64,000 nt of DNA, from IMG/VR virus record IMGVR_UViG_3300040801_001888. One strand, 5' to 3'. The stretch comes from a virus (lineage: Duplodnaviria > Heunggongvirae > Uroviricota > Caudoviricetes). Position 1 is the stretch's first letter, and each line of letters starts with the position of its first letter. Both the position numbers and the translations under genes were made by a program. The notes beneath the pieces are model-generated. The model searched no databases and was not told the DNA's origin. It saw nothing but the letters and a program-made list of their open reading frames with translations. Below, piece by piece: positions 1-9,914 of this stretch.

Positions 1-12
1 TGCACGGACGGC

Positions 13-1005
13 GTGGTGTGGACGCCAGCCATCGCGAACGACTCGGACACTTTGGCAGACGGCATCGTGGTTGCTGTGCTCGGGGAGAACGAGGCGTATA
101 TCCAGTACGCCGGCGAGGTGCCCTACTCGAACTCATTCACGCCGGGCAGCCTGCTGTACCTGAGCAGCGACGTCGCCGGCGAGATCGTCGAAACGCCGGG
201 CTCGATCCCGATGCTGATCGGCAAGGCGGTAAGCAGCTCGATGATCCTGCTGTCGCTGTCTCGCCTGGATGTGGTTCCGCGTAACGGGTTTCTGCAGGCG
301 GACTACCGGTTCAGCTTGGACGACACCGGCACCGATCCTGGCGTGGGCAACCTAGCCGTGAACAACACGGTGCCTTCCTCGGCGACGCGCTTGCTGGTCA
401 ACTCCATCGACGCGACAGGTTTTCAGCACATACTGTCGTGGAGGCACGTCTTCCCTGGCGACACCGTTACGATCGGCAGCGTCAGGGACAACGCCTACTA
501 CACCTACACCTTGACCGGGTATCCAATCAGTCACGGTTCTTGGTTGGAGCTTCCGGTACAGATCCTCGCTATCAGGGACACGCTGGGCGGCGGGCAACTG
601 GTCTCGTTGGAGTCCAGCCCAACGTCTGGCGCCGCCAAGCAGGTCTTGGTCCAGCGGCAAGTTGAGCAGCCGAACACGTTCACGGTTGGCACGCCAGTCT
701 ACAAAGATGCAGCGGGGTTATGGCAGCTAGCACAAGCCGATGACCTAAGCCGACTGGCTAACGGCTTCGTCATGAATCCGGGTCCGAAGATGTTCGACGT
801 CGCTAGCAGCGGCACTGTCTTAATCTCCGGTCACGGGTTCCCCGTTGGCAGCACGCTCTACCTGGACCCGACTATTCCCGGCGGGCTGACCGAGACCAGA
901 CCCGTCCTGAAGGGCACCTACGCCCAGGCGATCTTCGACGTGGTAGATGATCTTCGTCTCACCTACGTCAGCGAAGCAATAACAGACAACAGTTTGGAAC
1001 TCTAA
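13..1005 (+). CDS. virion fibre-like structural protein (may be 5'-truncated by the window edge)
   Basis: 330-aa ORF that opens the rightward late block, co-oriented and tightly packed with the fibre genes; no catalytic motif recognised. Confidence 0.4.
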   Translation: MVWTPAIANDSDTLADGIVVAVLGENEAYIQYAGEVPYSNSFTPGSLLYLSSDVAGEIVETPGSIPMLIGKAVSSSMILLSLSRLDVVPRNGFLQADYRFSLDDTGTDPGVGNLAVNNTVPSSATRLLVNSIDATGFQHILSWRHVFPGDTVTIGSVRDNAYYTYTLTGYPISHGSWLELPVQILAIRDTLGGGQLVSLESSPTSGAAKQVLVQRQVEQPNTFTVGTPVYKDAAGLWQLAQADDLSRLANGFVMNPGPKMFDVASSGTVLISGHGFPVGSTLYLDPTIPGGLTETRPVLKGTYAQAIFDVVDDLRLTYVSEAITDNSLEL

Positions 1006-1385
1006 TGCCGAACATCATTCCAGCGCGCGTTGCTCGCGTACTAGAACAAGCGAATCAGGCAGCGCACGGGTTCGCTGTTGGAGAAGCGGTAGCGTTCTCT
1101 GGCAATAAATTTGTCAAAGCAAAAGCCGATAGCTTTGCCATGCTTGCTTGGGGCGTTGTCAGCAAAGTCATTGACGTCGACAATTTTGAGTTCATTCGGT
1201 ACGGCAAGATGACCTGGCCTGCGCACGGGCTAACGCTCAATGCTTACTATTACGTCTCAGACGTTACTCCTGGTCTGCTGACACTTGTGCCACCGACAGA
1301 AGCCGGTAGGTTCCAACAAATGATGATGACCGCGATAACCGCTGACACCGTGTCAGTGTTCGACTATCCAGCTATCGAACTTTAA
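1005..1385 (+). CDS. hypothetical structural-module protein
   Basis: 126-aa ORF whose start overlaps the upstream stop (TAATG); same strand and spacing as the fibre genes. Confidence 0.4.
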   Translation: MPNIIPARVARVLEQANQAAHGFAVGEAVAFSGNKFVKAKADSFAMLAWGVVSKVIDVDNFEFIRYGKMTWPAHGLTLNAYYYVSDVTPGLLTLVPPTEAGRFQQMMMTAITADTVSVFDYPAIEL

Positions 1386-1399
1386 CGGAGAACAGATTC

Positions 1400-3052
1400 A
1401 TGCCGTGGGCAATCAAAGCTGGTGGTGGCGGACTTCGTCAAAAGGTGTCCAACATCGAGTTCGTCGAGAACGTGTGGGTCCGGATCGGCGTGCTCGCATC
1501 CGGGCAGGCAGTCGAGCTGGACGTCGAGTCTGGACACGGTCTCGTGGCGCACGGTATTACTCGTATTTCGCTCGGCAACTGGGGTGGCGCCAAGGGACCA
1601 TCGCTAGTGGTGCTTGGGCAATCCGGCGAGCCGATGCTCACTGGTGTTCGCTTGATCGATGGTGGGGCTGACTCGTCCCTCGTGGAATTGCGTGTCGGCG
1701 GTGCACCCAGTGGGTTGTCTGTCAAAAGCGTGGTCGTGACTGGCGAGTCTAGGATCAATGGGTTCACTTTCCAGTCGCCTGAGTTCATCGCGTCACCGGG
1801 GGGTACCGCGCTTGCTACATTCGCGGTAGCCTCGACCGACATGTTGATCAGCCAGTACAGCGGCGAACAACCGTTCCGCGTAGACGAAGAAGGTAGAGCG
1901 TGGTTCGGTAGTAAAACCCGGCAGATGCTCAATCTGTACGGGGACAGCTACAGCGCCGGCGTCCAATCCAGCACGCTCTACCAGCGATCTGGCGGAAACT
2001 TCAGCTGGCATAAAGGTGGCGTGCATAGTGATGCCTCACGCGATCCCGGAGCTGGTGGCGTCGAGCAGATGTGCTTGGACACGAATGGCGATTTGACAGT
2101 TGCTCGTCGCACATTGAACAAAGCTGCGCGTACCTCGCCTTCTGATCGCGAACTAATCGAATCGGCGTACTTGAACAGTCGTCTGCCGGTTGCTACCCCG
2201 CAACAAATAGTTCAATTCGATCTTGTCTCTGGTTCAAACAACAACTGGATCGAGGCTTTTCGGTTTAGGTCTGCGGGGTGGGGCAACTATTTCTTATTTT
2301 GGGTGTTTTCAGGTTACTACGGGAATTCTAGCTCACCTGTAGAATCGTGGTACGGTATAGGCTACCGTGGATCTAACCTATACGGGTGGGTATTATCTAC
2401 GCTTGCACATCACAGACGGGACGGTGCCTTCAGTCGCGTTGCGTTCAGCGGTGACGGTAATACTACCGGAACCAGTTATTTATCTCTCCAAAAAAGAGCA
2501 AGCGCGGGCTACCCTATAATCGCTGGAATGACCCAGCTTGGCGCGAGCAGGGTTGCCATGGACACAAGCGAGTCTGGTCGTGTCGTCGGTGGGTCTCCTC
2601 CTGGGACTCCAGTAGTACAGGTTGCACTTTCGTCCCGTGATAGTGATCGTTTCGGTTTTGCCAGCGAGAACCATTTCGACGGCGTCACTGACGGTGGCAA
2701 GCGCAAGATTCGAGGCTACCAGCGCGACCCGTGCGAGGTGCTCGGCGCGATTACCGATCCGACCGTTTACGACCGGCTGATGAAGGACGACCCCAGCGTG
2801 GAGGTAGGCTTCCCGCGTATGCGCGAGGACATCAACCGCTACAATGCCGAACGCGCATTGGAGGCGCTAGAGGATGCCCTGCTGCGCCGTATGGTCCGCA
2901 CACCAGGCGCAATCGTCGTGCCGAGGCAGCACGAGGCCGTGGAGTGGTTGGAGGACATCGTAGCGAACCCGCCGCGTGATCGGTACATCTCGCCAGCCGA
3001 CTACCTGGAGAAAGGCATCGACATTACCGATGAGCACCAGTTCTCGCTATGA
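1400..3052 (+). CDS. tail fibre / tailspike-like protein
   Basis: 550-aa Gly/Ser/Thr-rich beta-type composition; AGGAG-like RBS (ggagaacagattcATG); internal lower-GC patch around 2,200-2,520. Confidence 0.5.
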   Translation: MPWAIKAGGGGLRQKVSNIEFVENVWVRIGVLASGQAVELDVESGHGLVAHGITRISLGNWGGAKGPSLVVLGQSGEPMLTGVRLIDGGADSSLVELRVGGAPSGLSVKSVVVTGESRINGFTFQSPEFIASPGGTALATFAVASTDMLISQYSGEQPFRVDEEGRAWFGSKTRQMLNLYGDSYSAGVQSSTLYQRSGGNFSWHKGGVHSDASRDPGAGGVEQMCLDTNGDLTVARRTLNKAARTSPSDRELIESAYLNSRLPVATPQQIVQFDLVSGSNNNWIEAFRFRSAGWGNYFLFWVFSGYYGNSSSPVESWYGIGYRGSNLYGWVLSTLAHHRRDGAFSRVAFSGDGNTTGTSYLSLQKRASAGYPIIAGMTQLGASRVAMDTSESGRVVGGSPPGTPVVQVALSSRDSDRFGFASENHFDGVTDGGKRKIRGYQRDPCEVLGAITDPTVYDRLMKDDPSVEVGFPRMREDINRYNAERALEALEDALLRRMVRTPGAIVVPRQHEAVEWLEDIVANPPRDRYISPADYLEKGIDITDEHQFSL

Positions 3053-3648
3053 TCGTCAATATTCGCTTTTTCGATAACGACTCGCGCCGGGACATCCAAG
3101 GCAAGTGGTGGGCGGACCCGACGCGCGACGCTGTCGTTTATGATGGCATGGTAGTGTGGAAGAACGCGAAGCTCGATGCGGACTGCTCGCACGTCAATGG
3201 CGCCGCCATTCAAGACGACCGGCTGGTTTACGTAACAGCGGTCTCCAACAGCCGTCTAGCGCATGAGTGGCGCCAGAAGACCGAAAACGGTGGTGTCGTA
3301 TTTGATGTGGAGGGAAAGGTGATCCTCGGCGGTCTATCGATGCCACACTCACCGCGCATCTATGGCGATGACCTGTTGTTCTGCGAATCGGGCTACGGTG
3401 CTTTGCGGTCATTGGAGCATGGGTTTATCGCAGAGTTGCCAGGCTTTACGCGCGGGCTGCTGATAGCCGGCGACACTGCTTTTGTGGGGTTATCCGCGAT
3501 GCGATACGACGATGACTTCACACGCAATCTTCCGCTACGCGGATGGGTGCCGGAACCGGTCTGTGGGATTGCTGAAGTCGACATCGCAACGGGCGATTAC
3601 TCAGTTACGCCGATCTTGAACGAAACCGAAATCCTAGACATCTACTAA
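3049..3648 (+). CDS. hypothetical protein (fibre-associated)
   Basis: 199-aa ORF overlapping the upstream stop by 4 nt (translational coupling). Confidence 0.4.
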   Translation: MIVNIRFFDNDSRRDIQGKWWADPTRDAVVYDGMVVWKNAKLDADCSHVNGAAIQDDRLVYVTAVSNSRLAHEWRQKTENGGVVFDVEGKVILGGLSMPHSPRIYGDDLLFCESGYGALRSLEHGFIAELPGFTRGLLIAGDTAFVGLSAMRYDDDFTRNLPLRGWVPEPVCGIAEVDIATGDYSVTPILNETEILDIY

Positions 3649-3665
3649 TCCTTCGGTAACCAGAC

Positions 3666-6600
3666 ATGACCATCTTGAACAAGCCAACGTCTTCACTTAC
3701 CGAAGCCTTCTGCGGGTGCTATCGCGGGCGCATCGACGTGACGGTGCCCTACGTCGAGCCGGAGGGTGGGAACACGCAAGGTGAGTCATGGCTTGTAGCT
3801 GTGTCCGGATTGGCGGATGCGTCTTGGGCGGCGGTAGGTGTCGCTGGCAACATCGCAATCGATGACGTGCTGTTCTGGGAAGGCACAAAGTTTGTACTTA
3901 TCAAGACTGGACTGAGTGGTAGTGCTGGCACGACCGGTTGTGAAACCGCAGTAGGCGAGGTTGCCCCTCCGACCGTTTGCAACGGACGCTTTTGGATTCA
4001 GACGTTCCCGCCGGACGCCAACATCTGGTTGAACGTCTACGTTGACAGCACGTGGGTCACTCTGCAACAGATCGACCAGAACGGCAGGTTGGACCCGGCG
4101 TTCCTCGCTTTCATGCCAGCTACTTATCGCGGGCGAGTAGATGTCACGCAACCCTTCGCCATAACCGAGTCCACCGACGGCGAGTTTTGGTTTGTCGACA
4201 CGGACGGACTCGCCGATCCATCTTGGGCAGCGGTAGGCATCAGTGGCGATCTCACCGCAAACACGCTGCTCATTTGGGATGGCGCAGTCTTCATCCCAGC
4301 AGCGGGCGGCGGTGCTGGTACTCCTGGTCCGGAAGGACCGGAAGGCCCGGCTGGCGCGGCTGCAACGATCACAGCAGGCACGACCACGACAGGCGCCGCT
4401 GGTAGCGATGCCGACGTCACCAATAGTGGTACCAGCTCAGCAGCGGTTTTCGACTTTACGATTCCTCGGGGCAACACTGGCGCGAAGGGAGATCCAGGCG
4501 ATCCCGGTGCTGCTGCTACGATCACGGCAGGTACGACCACGACAGGACTCCCTGGCACTGACGCTGCCGTCACCAATAGCGGTACGTCTGCTGCGGCTGT
4601 CTTCGATTTTACGATTCCTCGTGGTGACAAGGGCGACCCTGGTTCTGGTGTCACTATCATCGGTACGGATACCTACACCAATATCATCGCAATCGGCGAT
4701 GCGAACCCAGGCGACATGTGGATAGTTAGCGCAGACAGCCCACCGGACGCGCTGGAGGGAGACGGACTGGTCTGGGATGGGGCGCAGTGGAACAACGTCG
4801 GACCTATTCGCGGTCCGGAGGGACCAATAGGACCAGAAGGCTCAGAGGGTCCAGAGGGTCCAGAGGGTCCAGAGGGTCCAGAGGGTCCAGAGGGTCCAGA
4901 AGGCCCTGCTGGCGTGGCTGCAACGATCGCGGTAGGCACCACCGTTACAGGCGCGGCTGGTAGCGATGCAGCTGTCTCGAACAGTGGCACCAGCGCGGCG
5001 GCGGTCTTCGACTTCACTATTCCTCGTGGAGATGACGGCGCCGCCGGTGTTAAAGGCGATACCGGCACGGCGGCTACGATCGCGGTTGGCAATACAAACA
5101 CGGGTATCGCGGGGTCTGATGCGTCCGTTACCAATAGCGGCACAAGTTCCGCCGCCGTCTTCAATTTTACAATTCCTCGCGGGCAGACGGGTGACAAGGG
5201 CGATGATGGCGACGCTGGACCTGCTGGTAGCGCAGCGACTATCACGGTAGGCACGACCACGACAGGCGCCGCTGGTAGCGATGCAGCTGTCTCGAATAGT
5301 GGCACCAGTGCGGCTGCAGTCTTTAACTTCACGATCCCTCGCGGTAATACCGGTGCGAAAGGCGACAAGGGCGATGCTGGTTCCGGCGTGACGATCGTAG
5401 GAACAGACACCTACGATAACATCATCGCTGTAGTAGACCCGACCGTTGGTGACATGTGGATCGTCAGCGCAGACAGCCCGCCAGACGCGATGGAGGGTGA
5501 CGGTATCGTGTGGGACGGTGCGCAGTGGAACAACGTTGGACCGATCCGTGGACCAGAAGGTCCAAAAGGTCCAGAAGGTCCAACTGGACCTCGCGTAACT
5601 CTTAAAGGTTCGGACACCTATGCCAACATCATTGCGATCACGGACGCCAATACGGGCGACCTGTGGCTCGCCAGCGAGGATAGCCCTGGTGATTCTGTGT
5701 TGCTAGGAGATGGTATCTCCTGGAACGGCACTGCGTGGATAAACGTTGGCCCTGTACGTGGTCCTGCCGGTCCTGCTGGTGCTGACGGTGCTGACGGGTC
5801 TGACGGGTCTGACGGAACAGCCGCCACCATTGTAGTAGGGACAACCACAACGGGGTCACCCGGCAGTGATGCAGCGGTCACGAATGCGGGAACCTCTACA
5901 TCCGCCGTCTTCAATTTCGTAATCCCACGTGGAGCTGTTGGCGCAAAAGGCGATCCTGGTGATGATGGGCAGACTGGACCGGAAGGTCCGGAAGGTCCGG
6001 AAGGTCCGGAAGGTCCTGAAGGTCCCGAAGGCGCCGAAGGTGCGGCGGCAACGATCACAGCGGGCACTACTACCACAGGCATTGCAGGAAGCGATGCAGC
6101 GGTATCCAACAGTGGCACCAGCGCGGCGGCAGTTTTCGACTTCACCATACCTCGCGGCGATAAGGGCGACACAGGTGACGCGGGTGTTAAAGGCGACCAA
6201 GGTGATGCTGGACCTGCTGGTAGCGCAGCGACGATCGCGGTAGGCACGACCACGACAGGCGCCGCCGGTAGCGATGCGGCGGTAGCGAATAGCGGCACCA
6301 GCGCGGCGGCAGTCTTCAACTTCACGATTCCGCGCGGCAACACGGGTGCGAAAGGTGATAAGGGTGACGCCGGCTCAGGTGTGACAATCGTAGGCACGGA
6401 CACCTATGCGAACATCATTGCTACCGCTGACCCGGCGGTTGGTGATATGTGGATCGTCAGCGTAGATAGCCCGCCGGACGCTTTAGCTGGTGACGGTTTG
6501 GTGTGGGACGGTGCGCAGTGGAACAACGTCGGACCGATCCGTGGCCCAGAAGGTCCAGAAGGTCCAGAAGGTCCAACTGGACCTCGCGTAACCCTTAAAG

Positions 6601-7679
6601 GCTCGGACACCTACGCCAACATCATTGCGATCACGGACGCCAATACCGGCGACCTATGGCTCGCAAGTGAAGATAGCCCAGGTGACTCTGTCTTGCTAGG
6701 AGACGGTATCTCTTGGAACGGGACTGCGTGGATAAATGTTGGCCCTGTACGTGGTCCTGCTGGACCAGTCGGTCCAGCTGGTACTGCCGCAACGATTACG
6801 GCGGGCACGACCACCACGGGCGCCGCAGGCACCGATGCGGCAGTGTCGAACAGCGGTACCAGTGCAGCGGCAGTCTTTGATTTCACCATCCCACAGGGTG
6901 ATCCGGGGTCTGCTGGTCCAGCCGGTGCCGATGGCGATGATGGCGCGAGCATCACCCTGAAAGGCACGGACACCTACGACAACATCACTGCCATAGTTGA
7001 TGCAGACCTAGGTGACCTCTGGATCGTCAGTGTTACGGATGGCAACGCCAATGAAGGCGACGGGCTCTCGTGGAACGGTACGGCGTGGATCAATATTGGA
7101 CCATTCCGTGGCCCGCAAGGCGGGGTCGGCCCGACTGGACCGGCTGGCTCTCCAGGACTTGTGTGGCGTGGTGCGTGGGCAACGTCAGTCGTCTATGAGG
7201 TCAACGATGTTGTGTCACATAACGGGTCTTCTTGGACTTGCATTGTCGCCAACACTGGGGCAGCGGGCGGAAACGAGCCGGAAGACGGCGCAACCGAGTG
7301 GGAGATTCTGGCCCAGAAAGGCGCGGACGGCACGGGCGGTGGGGGCGGGGTCGGCGTTGAGACCGTCGTCTCTATTGTTGACGCTACTGGCGATGTGACT
7401 ATCGATCTGGATGTTGCCCTGCAATATCGTATTAGCCAGGCTGATGCCGTTAACGTGATTCTACCGGACCCGACCGACACGGACGCCGGTGTGTCTCTTG
7501 TGGTGATCGTGGTACCGAACAACTTTGCCACCACGATCACCGGCAACGCAGTCTGGATGACACCGACTGGCGACCCACCACCGTTCAACATTGATCCTGG
7601 TCGGCGCAACATCGTCACCGCTATTTGGGATGTTGTTGAACTGGAGTGGCTCCTCATGTACCCGGCGCGAGAATTGTAA
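3666..7679 (+). CDS. collagen-like repeat fibre protein
   Basis: 1,337 aa with multiple Gly-X-Y tracts (GPEGPEGPEGPEGP, GPAGPAGADGADGSDG). The ~38-aa module AATITAGTTTTGAAGSDAAVSNSGTSAAAVFDFTIPRG recurs at least 8 times and ~65-aa blocks (GTDTY.NIIA..D...GD.W.VS.DSP.D...GDG..W.G..W.N.GP.RGP.GP) at least 5 times. The coding sequence shows ~1-kb nucleotide-level duplications. Confidence 0.75.
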   Translation: MTILNKPTSSLTEAFCGCYRGRIDVTVPYVEPEGGNTQGESWLVAVSGLADASWAAVGVAGNIAIDDVLFWEGTKFVLIKTGLSGSAGTTGCETAVGEVAPPTVCNGRFWIQTFPPDANIWLNVYVDSTWVTLQQIDQNGRLDPAFLAFMPATYRGRVDVTQPFAITESTDGEFWFVDTDGLADPSWAAVGISGDLTANTLLIWDGAVFIPAAGGGAGTPGPEGPEGPAGAAATITAGTTTTGAAGSDADVTNSGTSSAAVFDFTIPRGNTGAKGDPGDPGAAATITAGTTTTGLPGTDAAVTNSGTSAAAVFDFTIPRGDKGDPGSGVTIIGTDTYTNIIAIGDANPGDMWIVSADSPPDALEGDGLVWDGAQWNNVGPIRGPEGPIGPEGSEGPEGPEGPEGPEGPEGPEGPAGVAATIAVGTTVTGAAGSDAAVSNSGTSAAAVFDFTIPRGDDGAAGVKGDTGTAATIAVGNTNTGIAGSDASVTNSGTSSAAVFNFTIPRGQTGDKGDDGDAGPAGSAATITVGTTTTGAAGSDAAVSNSGTSAAAVFNFTIPRGNTGAKGDKGDAGSGVTIVGTDTYDNIIAVVDPTVGDMWIVSADSPPDAMEGDGIVWDGAQWNNVGPIRGPEGPKGPEGPTGPRVTLKGSDTYANIIAITDANTGDLWLASEDSPGDSVLLGDGISWNGTAWINVGPVRGPAGPAGADGADGSDGSDGTAATIVVGTTTTGSPGSDAAVTNAGTSTSAVFNFVIPRGAVGAKGDPGDDGQTGPEGPEGPEGPEGPEGPEGAEGAAATITAGTTTTGIAGSDAAVSNSGTSAAAVFDFTIPRGDKGDTGDAGVKGDQGDAGPAGSAATIAVGTTTTGAAGSDAAVANSGTSAAAVFNFTIPRGNTGAKGDKGDAGSGVTIVGTDTYANIIATADPAVGDMWIVSVDSPPDALAGDGLVWDGAQWNNVGPIRGPEGPEGPEGPTGPRVTLKGSDTYANIIAITDANTGDLWLASEDSPGDSVLLGDGISWNGTAWINVGPVRGPAGPVGPAGTAATITAGTTTTGAAGTDAAVSNSGTSAAAVFDFTIPQGDPGSAGPAGADGDDGASITLKGTDTYDNITAIVDADLGDLWIVSVTDGNANEGDGLSWNGTAWINIGPFRGPQGGVGPTGPAGSPGLVWRGAWATSVVYEVNDVVSHNGSSWTCIVANTGAAGGNEPEDGATEWEILAQKGADGTGGGGGVGVETVVSIVDATGDVTIDLDVALQYRISQADAVNVILPDPTDTDAGVSLVVIVVPNNFATTITGNAVWMTPTGDPPPFNIDPGRRNIVTAIWDVVELEWLLMYPAREL
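4845..4889. repeat. perfect 9-bp tandem repeat (GAGGGTCCA)x5 inside the collagen-like gene
   Basis: Encodes GPEGPEGPEG; similar tracts at 5,981-6,016 (GGAAGGTCC x4) and 6,541-6,575. Confidence 0.8.
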
Positions 7680-8266
7680 TGCTAGGTTATTTTCAAGCTA
7701 CGATGCTTCGTACCGACGTGGATGCGTCTACGGGCGGTCGCGGATTCCTGCTCGGCGGCGCCGAACTTGGACCACAGACGACTATGCGGACGCTGGAAAA
7801 CATGTTTGCTATTCGGTTGTTAGAAACGCCGTACCGGTGCTACGTCAATCGTATAGTGGCGCAGATCGACGATTTGTCCGCCGGTACAGAAGAAGGAGTG
7901 CGTTACTGCGGTGGCATTCTGACTGACGCAACTGGGAATACGATTCTAGAACAAACTGAGGTGAAGTTAATTCGCCGGTCTTTTCAGCGTACAGACTTCG
8001 TACTAGAACGTCCTGTCTTGCTAGACGCAGCGGTTCGATTTCGTGCAATGGTTATCGCTGACCTGGGTACGAGTGCGCCGCGTATTGCTCGATGTGACAA
8101 TGTCCCAGGCATGTTGGGGCAGACCACTGTAGCAGATGCTTCAAATGCTCCTGTTCCTCCGCCTGGTGTGTGGGCTCCAGTAGCCAACGCTAAGACTTCG
8201 ACGAATCTAAACCCTGACGAAGACTGCCCTATGATAGCTGTTTTGATCAATAGAGCACCGGATTGA
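7679..8266 (+). CDS. hypothetical protein
   Basis: ATG at 7,679 overlaps the TAA of the collagen-like gene (TAATG); GC is lower than the flanking genes. Confidence 0.4.
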   Translation: MLGYFQATMLRTDVDASTGGRGFLLGGAELGPQTTMRTLENMFAIRLLETPYRCYVNRIVAQIDDLSAGTEEGVRYCGGILTDATGNTILEQTEVKLIRRSFQRTDFVLERPVLLDAAVRFRAMVIADLGTSAPRIARCDNVPGMLGQTTVADASNAPVPPPGVWAPVANAKTSTNLNPDEDCPMIAVLINRAPD

Positions 8267-8473
8267 ATTTGGCAATACTGCCGATTAACCGTCCCGCTTG
8301 GCGACATTTACCTGACGAGGTACGATCTCATGAAGCGTTTTTCTACCATTATCCTGCGCTGCACAAGCCGGAGTGTTGTGCTACACGCCGCAGGTCTAGG
8401 TTGACTGCGGTCACGACTGGTAAAGCCCCCACAATGGTCCGCCGAGCGGCGGGCACAAATGCAGGAGATTTAG

Positions 8474-8767
8474 ATGAACGTAAAATCTACCGTAACCAAC
8501 GCATCCGTAGCCCTAGAGTGGGATTACACTGACGAAACCTACATCGATGGTTTTCGCATCTACGCCGACAACGAGCTGCGCTTGACCATCATGGACACCG
8601 CAAAGCGCAGCGTACCACTCGCCGACCTCGGGCTGAGCGTGGGTGTTCACATGCTCGTGGTCAAAGCATTCAACGTGGTCGGCGAGTCACATGTGAGTAA
8701 TCAAGTATTCCTCACCATCGTCGACGAGGAACCGGCTCCACCCACCAACTTTCGTGTCGCCTTTTAA
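8474..8767 (+). CDS. Ig/FN3-like domain protein
   Basis: 97 aa; strong RBS (gcaggagatttagATG). The pattern (EWDYTDETYIDGFRIY...LVVKAFNVVGES) resembles a fibronectin type III beta-sandwich. Confidence 0.45.
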   Translation: MNVKSTVTNASVALEWDYTDETYIDGFRIYADNELRLTIMDTAKRSVPLADLGLSVGVHMLVVKAFNVVGESHVSNQVFLTIVDEEPAPPTNFRVAF

Positions 8768-8800
8768 GCGATTCTTTCAATTATTCAAGAGACAACGATA

Positions 8801-9589
8801 ATGGCGGCACCTAATTCCTACACGCCCAATCTCGGGCGGGTAGTGACCGAATTCATCAAGCCGAAGCGGGACGTGAACACCGTGTTCATCCACTGTACCG
8901 CGACTGATAACCCAACGTTTGATGCAAAGGCTTGCCACAACCTTCACGTCGATAGTAACGGCTGGAGCGCGATTGGCTACCACATGATCATCACCAGCGA
9001 TGGGTACAAAGACGGCGTTCAGATTCAATACGGACGTGACCTGGAGAGAACCCCGGCATCCCAATCGGGCTACAACGAGGGTACTATCGCCATTTCGTTG
9101 AATGGTCTGACTCTGAGCAAGTTCGGTCCGAACCAGCTTGACCAGCTTCGCTGGATTTGCGGCGAGATCAACAGTGCCTACGGTGGCAGGATGGAGTTTC
9201 GCGGGCACCGCGAAGTTTCCGCTAAAGAATGCCCCGTCATTGACTACCGCAAAGAACTCGGCCTCGATTCCGCTGGCTTCATGACTGGCGCCGCAGCACC
9301 GGGCGAGCCGCCGAAATCGCACATCCCAATGGTCGACATCATGGTCGCCGCCGCCCAGATCGGTTTGCACGATCATCATCCGCATGTGATCGTCTTGCGC
9401 GCACTTCTGGTACGCTACGGTGCTAGCAAAGACGCCCTCTTCCCGATCCGCGATAAGGAGTACCTGATGAAGTTCGACGACATCGTAAACGACGCCACCA
9501 AAGGCTTTCAGCGCGAGCAAGGTCTCGTTGATGACGGCATTGTTGGGCGTTCCACATGGGAGCGACTCCTTGATGTCGGTGATGACTAA
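8801..9589 (+). CDS. endolysin: N-acetylmuramoyl-L-alanine amidase (Amidase_2/PGRP, T7-lysozyme type) with a C-terminal peptidoglycan-binding domain
   Basis: VFIHCTATDNP...GWSAIGYHMII...YNEGTIAISLNG...GHREVSAKECP is the Amidase_2 zinc-amidase signature; the C-terminus VLRALLVRYGASKD...DDGIVGRSTWERLL matches a PG_binding_1-like repeat. Confidence 0.8.
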   Translation: MAAPNSYTPNLGRVVTEFIKPKRDVNTVFIHCTATDNPTFDAKACHNLHVDSNGWSAIGYHMIITSDGYKDGVQIQYGRDLERTPASQSGYNEGTIAISLNGLTLSKFGPNQLDQLRWICGEINSAYGGRMEFRGHREVSAKECPVIDYRKELGLDSAGFMTGAAAPGEPPKSHIPMVDIMVAAAQIGLHDHHPHVIVLRALLVRYGASKDALFPIRDKEYLMKFDDIVNDATKGFQREQGLVDDGIVGRSTWERLLDVGDD

Positions 9590-9914
9590 AATGTTGTTCC
9601 CGGTCGGGCTCGCTGCCGCCATCGGGCTGTTCGCGTTGAGCAGCCAGGCTTGGCCTGAACTGGTCAAGCTGAAGGTGTGCGACGCCGTGTCCAACGAAAC
9701 ACTTGCACAGCTGTACGGCAGCGAGGCACTGAAAACGTCCGGGCGCTATTTTTGGGTCAATCCTGAAGACATCCAGCTGATGGTTCCGTCGGAGAATAAG
9801 GGATGCACTCGCGTCAATCTATCCAACGGTCGTCAACTGAAGGTGCAAGGCTCCCCGGATTTTGTTTATTGCGAGATGTATCACAGCCCACTGTGTAAGA
9901 GTGAACAACCATGA
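9582..9914 (+). CDS. signal-peptide/TM protein, possible lysis accessory (spanin- or holin-like)
   Basis: N-terminal hydrophobic segment MLFPVGLAAAIGLFALSSQAW, then a Cys-containing soluble part; overlaps the endolysin stop. The start is ambiguous (ATG at 9,573, 9,582 or 9,591). Confidence 0.4.
   Translation: MTKMLFPVGLAAAIGLFALSSQAWPELVKLKVCDAVSNETLAQLYGSEALKTSGRYFWVNPEDIQLMVPSENKGCTRVNLSNGRQLKVQGSPDFVYCEMYHSPLCKSEQP

Noticed and set aside
18-665. Short Arg-rich ORFs (18-284 +, 352-660 -, 438-665 +) overlapping the first structural gene
   Set aside because: Alternative-frame artefacts in GC-rich coding sequence; they are nested in a longer ORF with better codon periodicity.
4124-6973. Long minus-strand ORFs (178-261 aa; 4,124-4,660, 4,673-5,410, 5,618-6,403, 6,611-6,973) and Arg-rich plus-strand ORFs inside the collagen-like gene
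   Set aside because: They mirror the repeat structure of the plus-strand gene (for example the reverse reading of the GPEGPEGP tracts gives PSGPSGPSG). The composition is Pro/Ala/Ser low-complexity, and they have no RBS or promoter context; they are shadow ORFs of a GC-rich repetitive gene.
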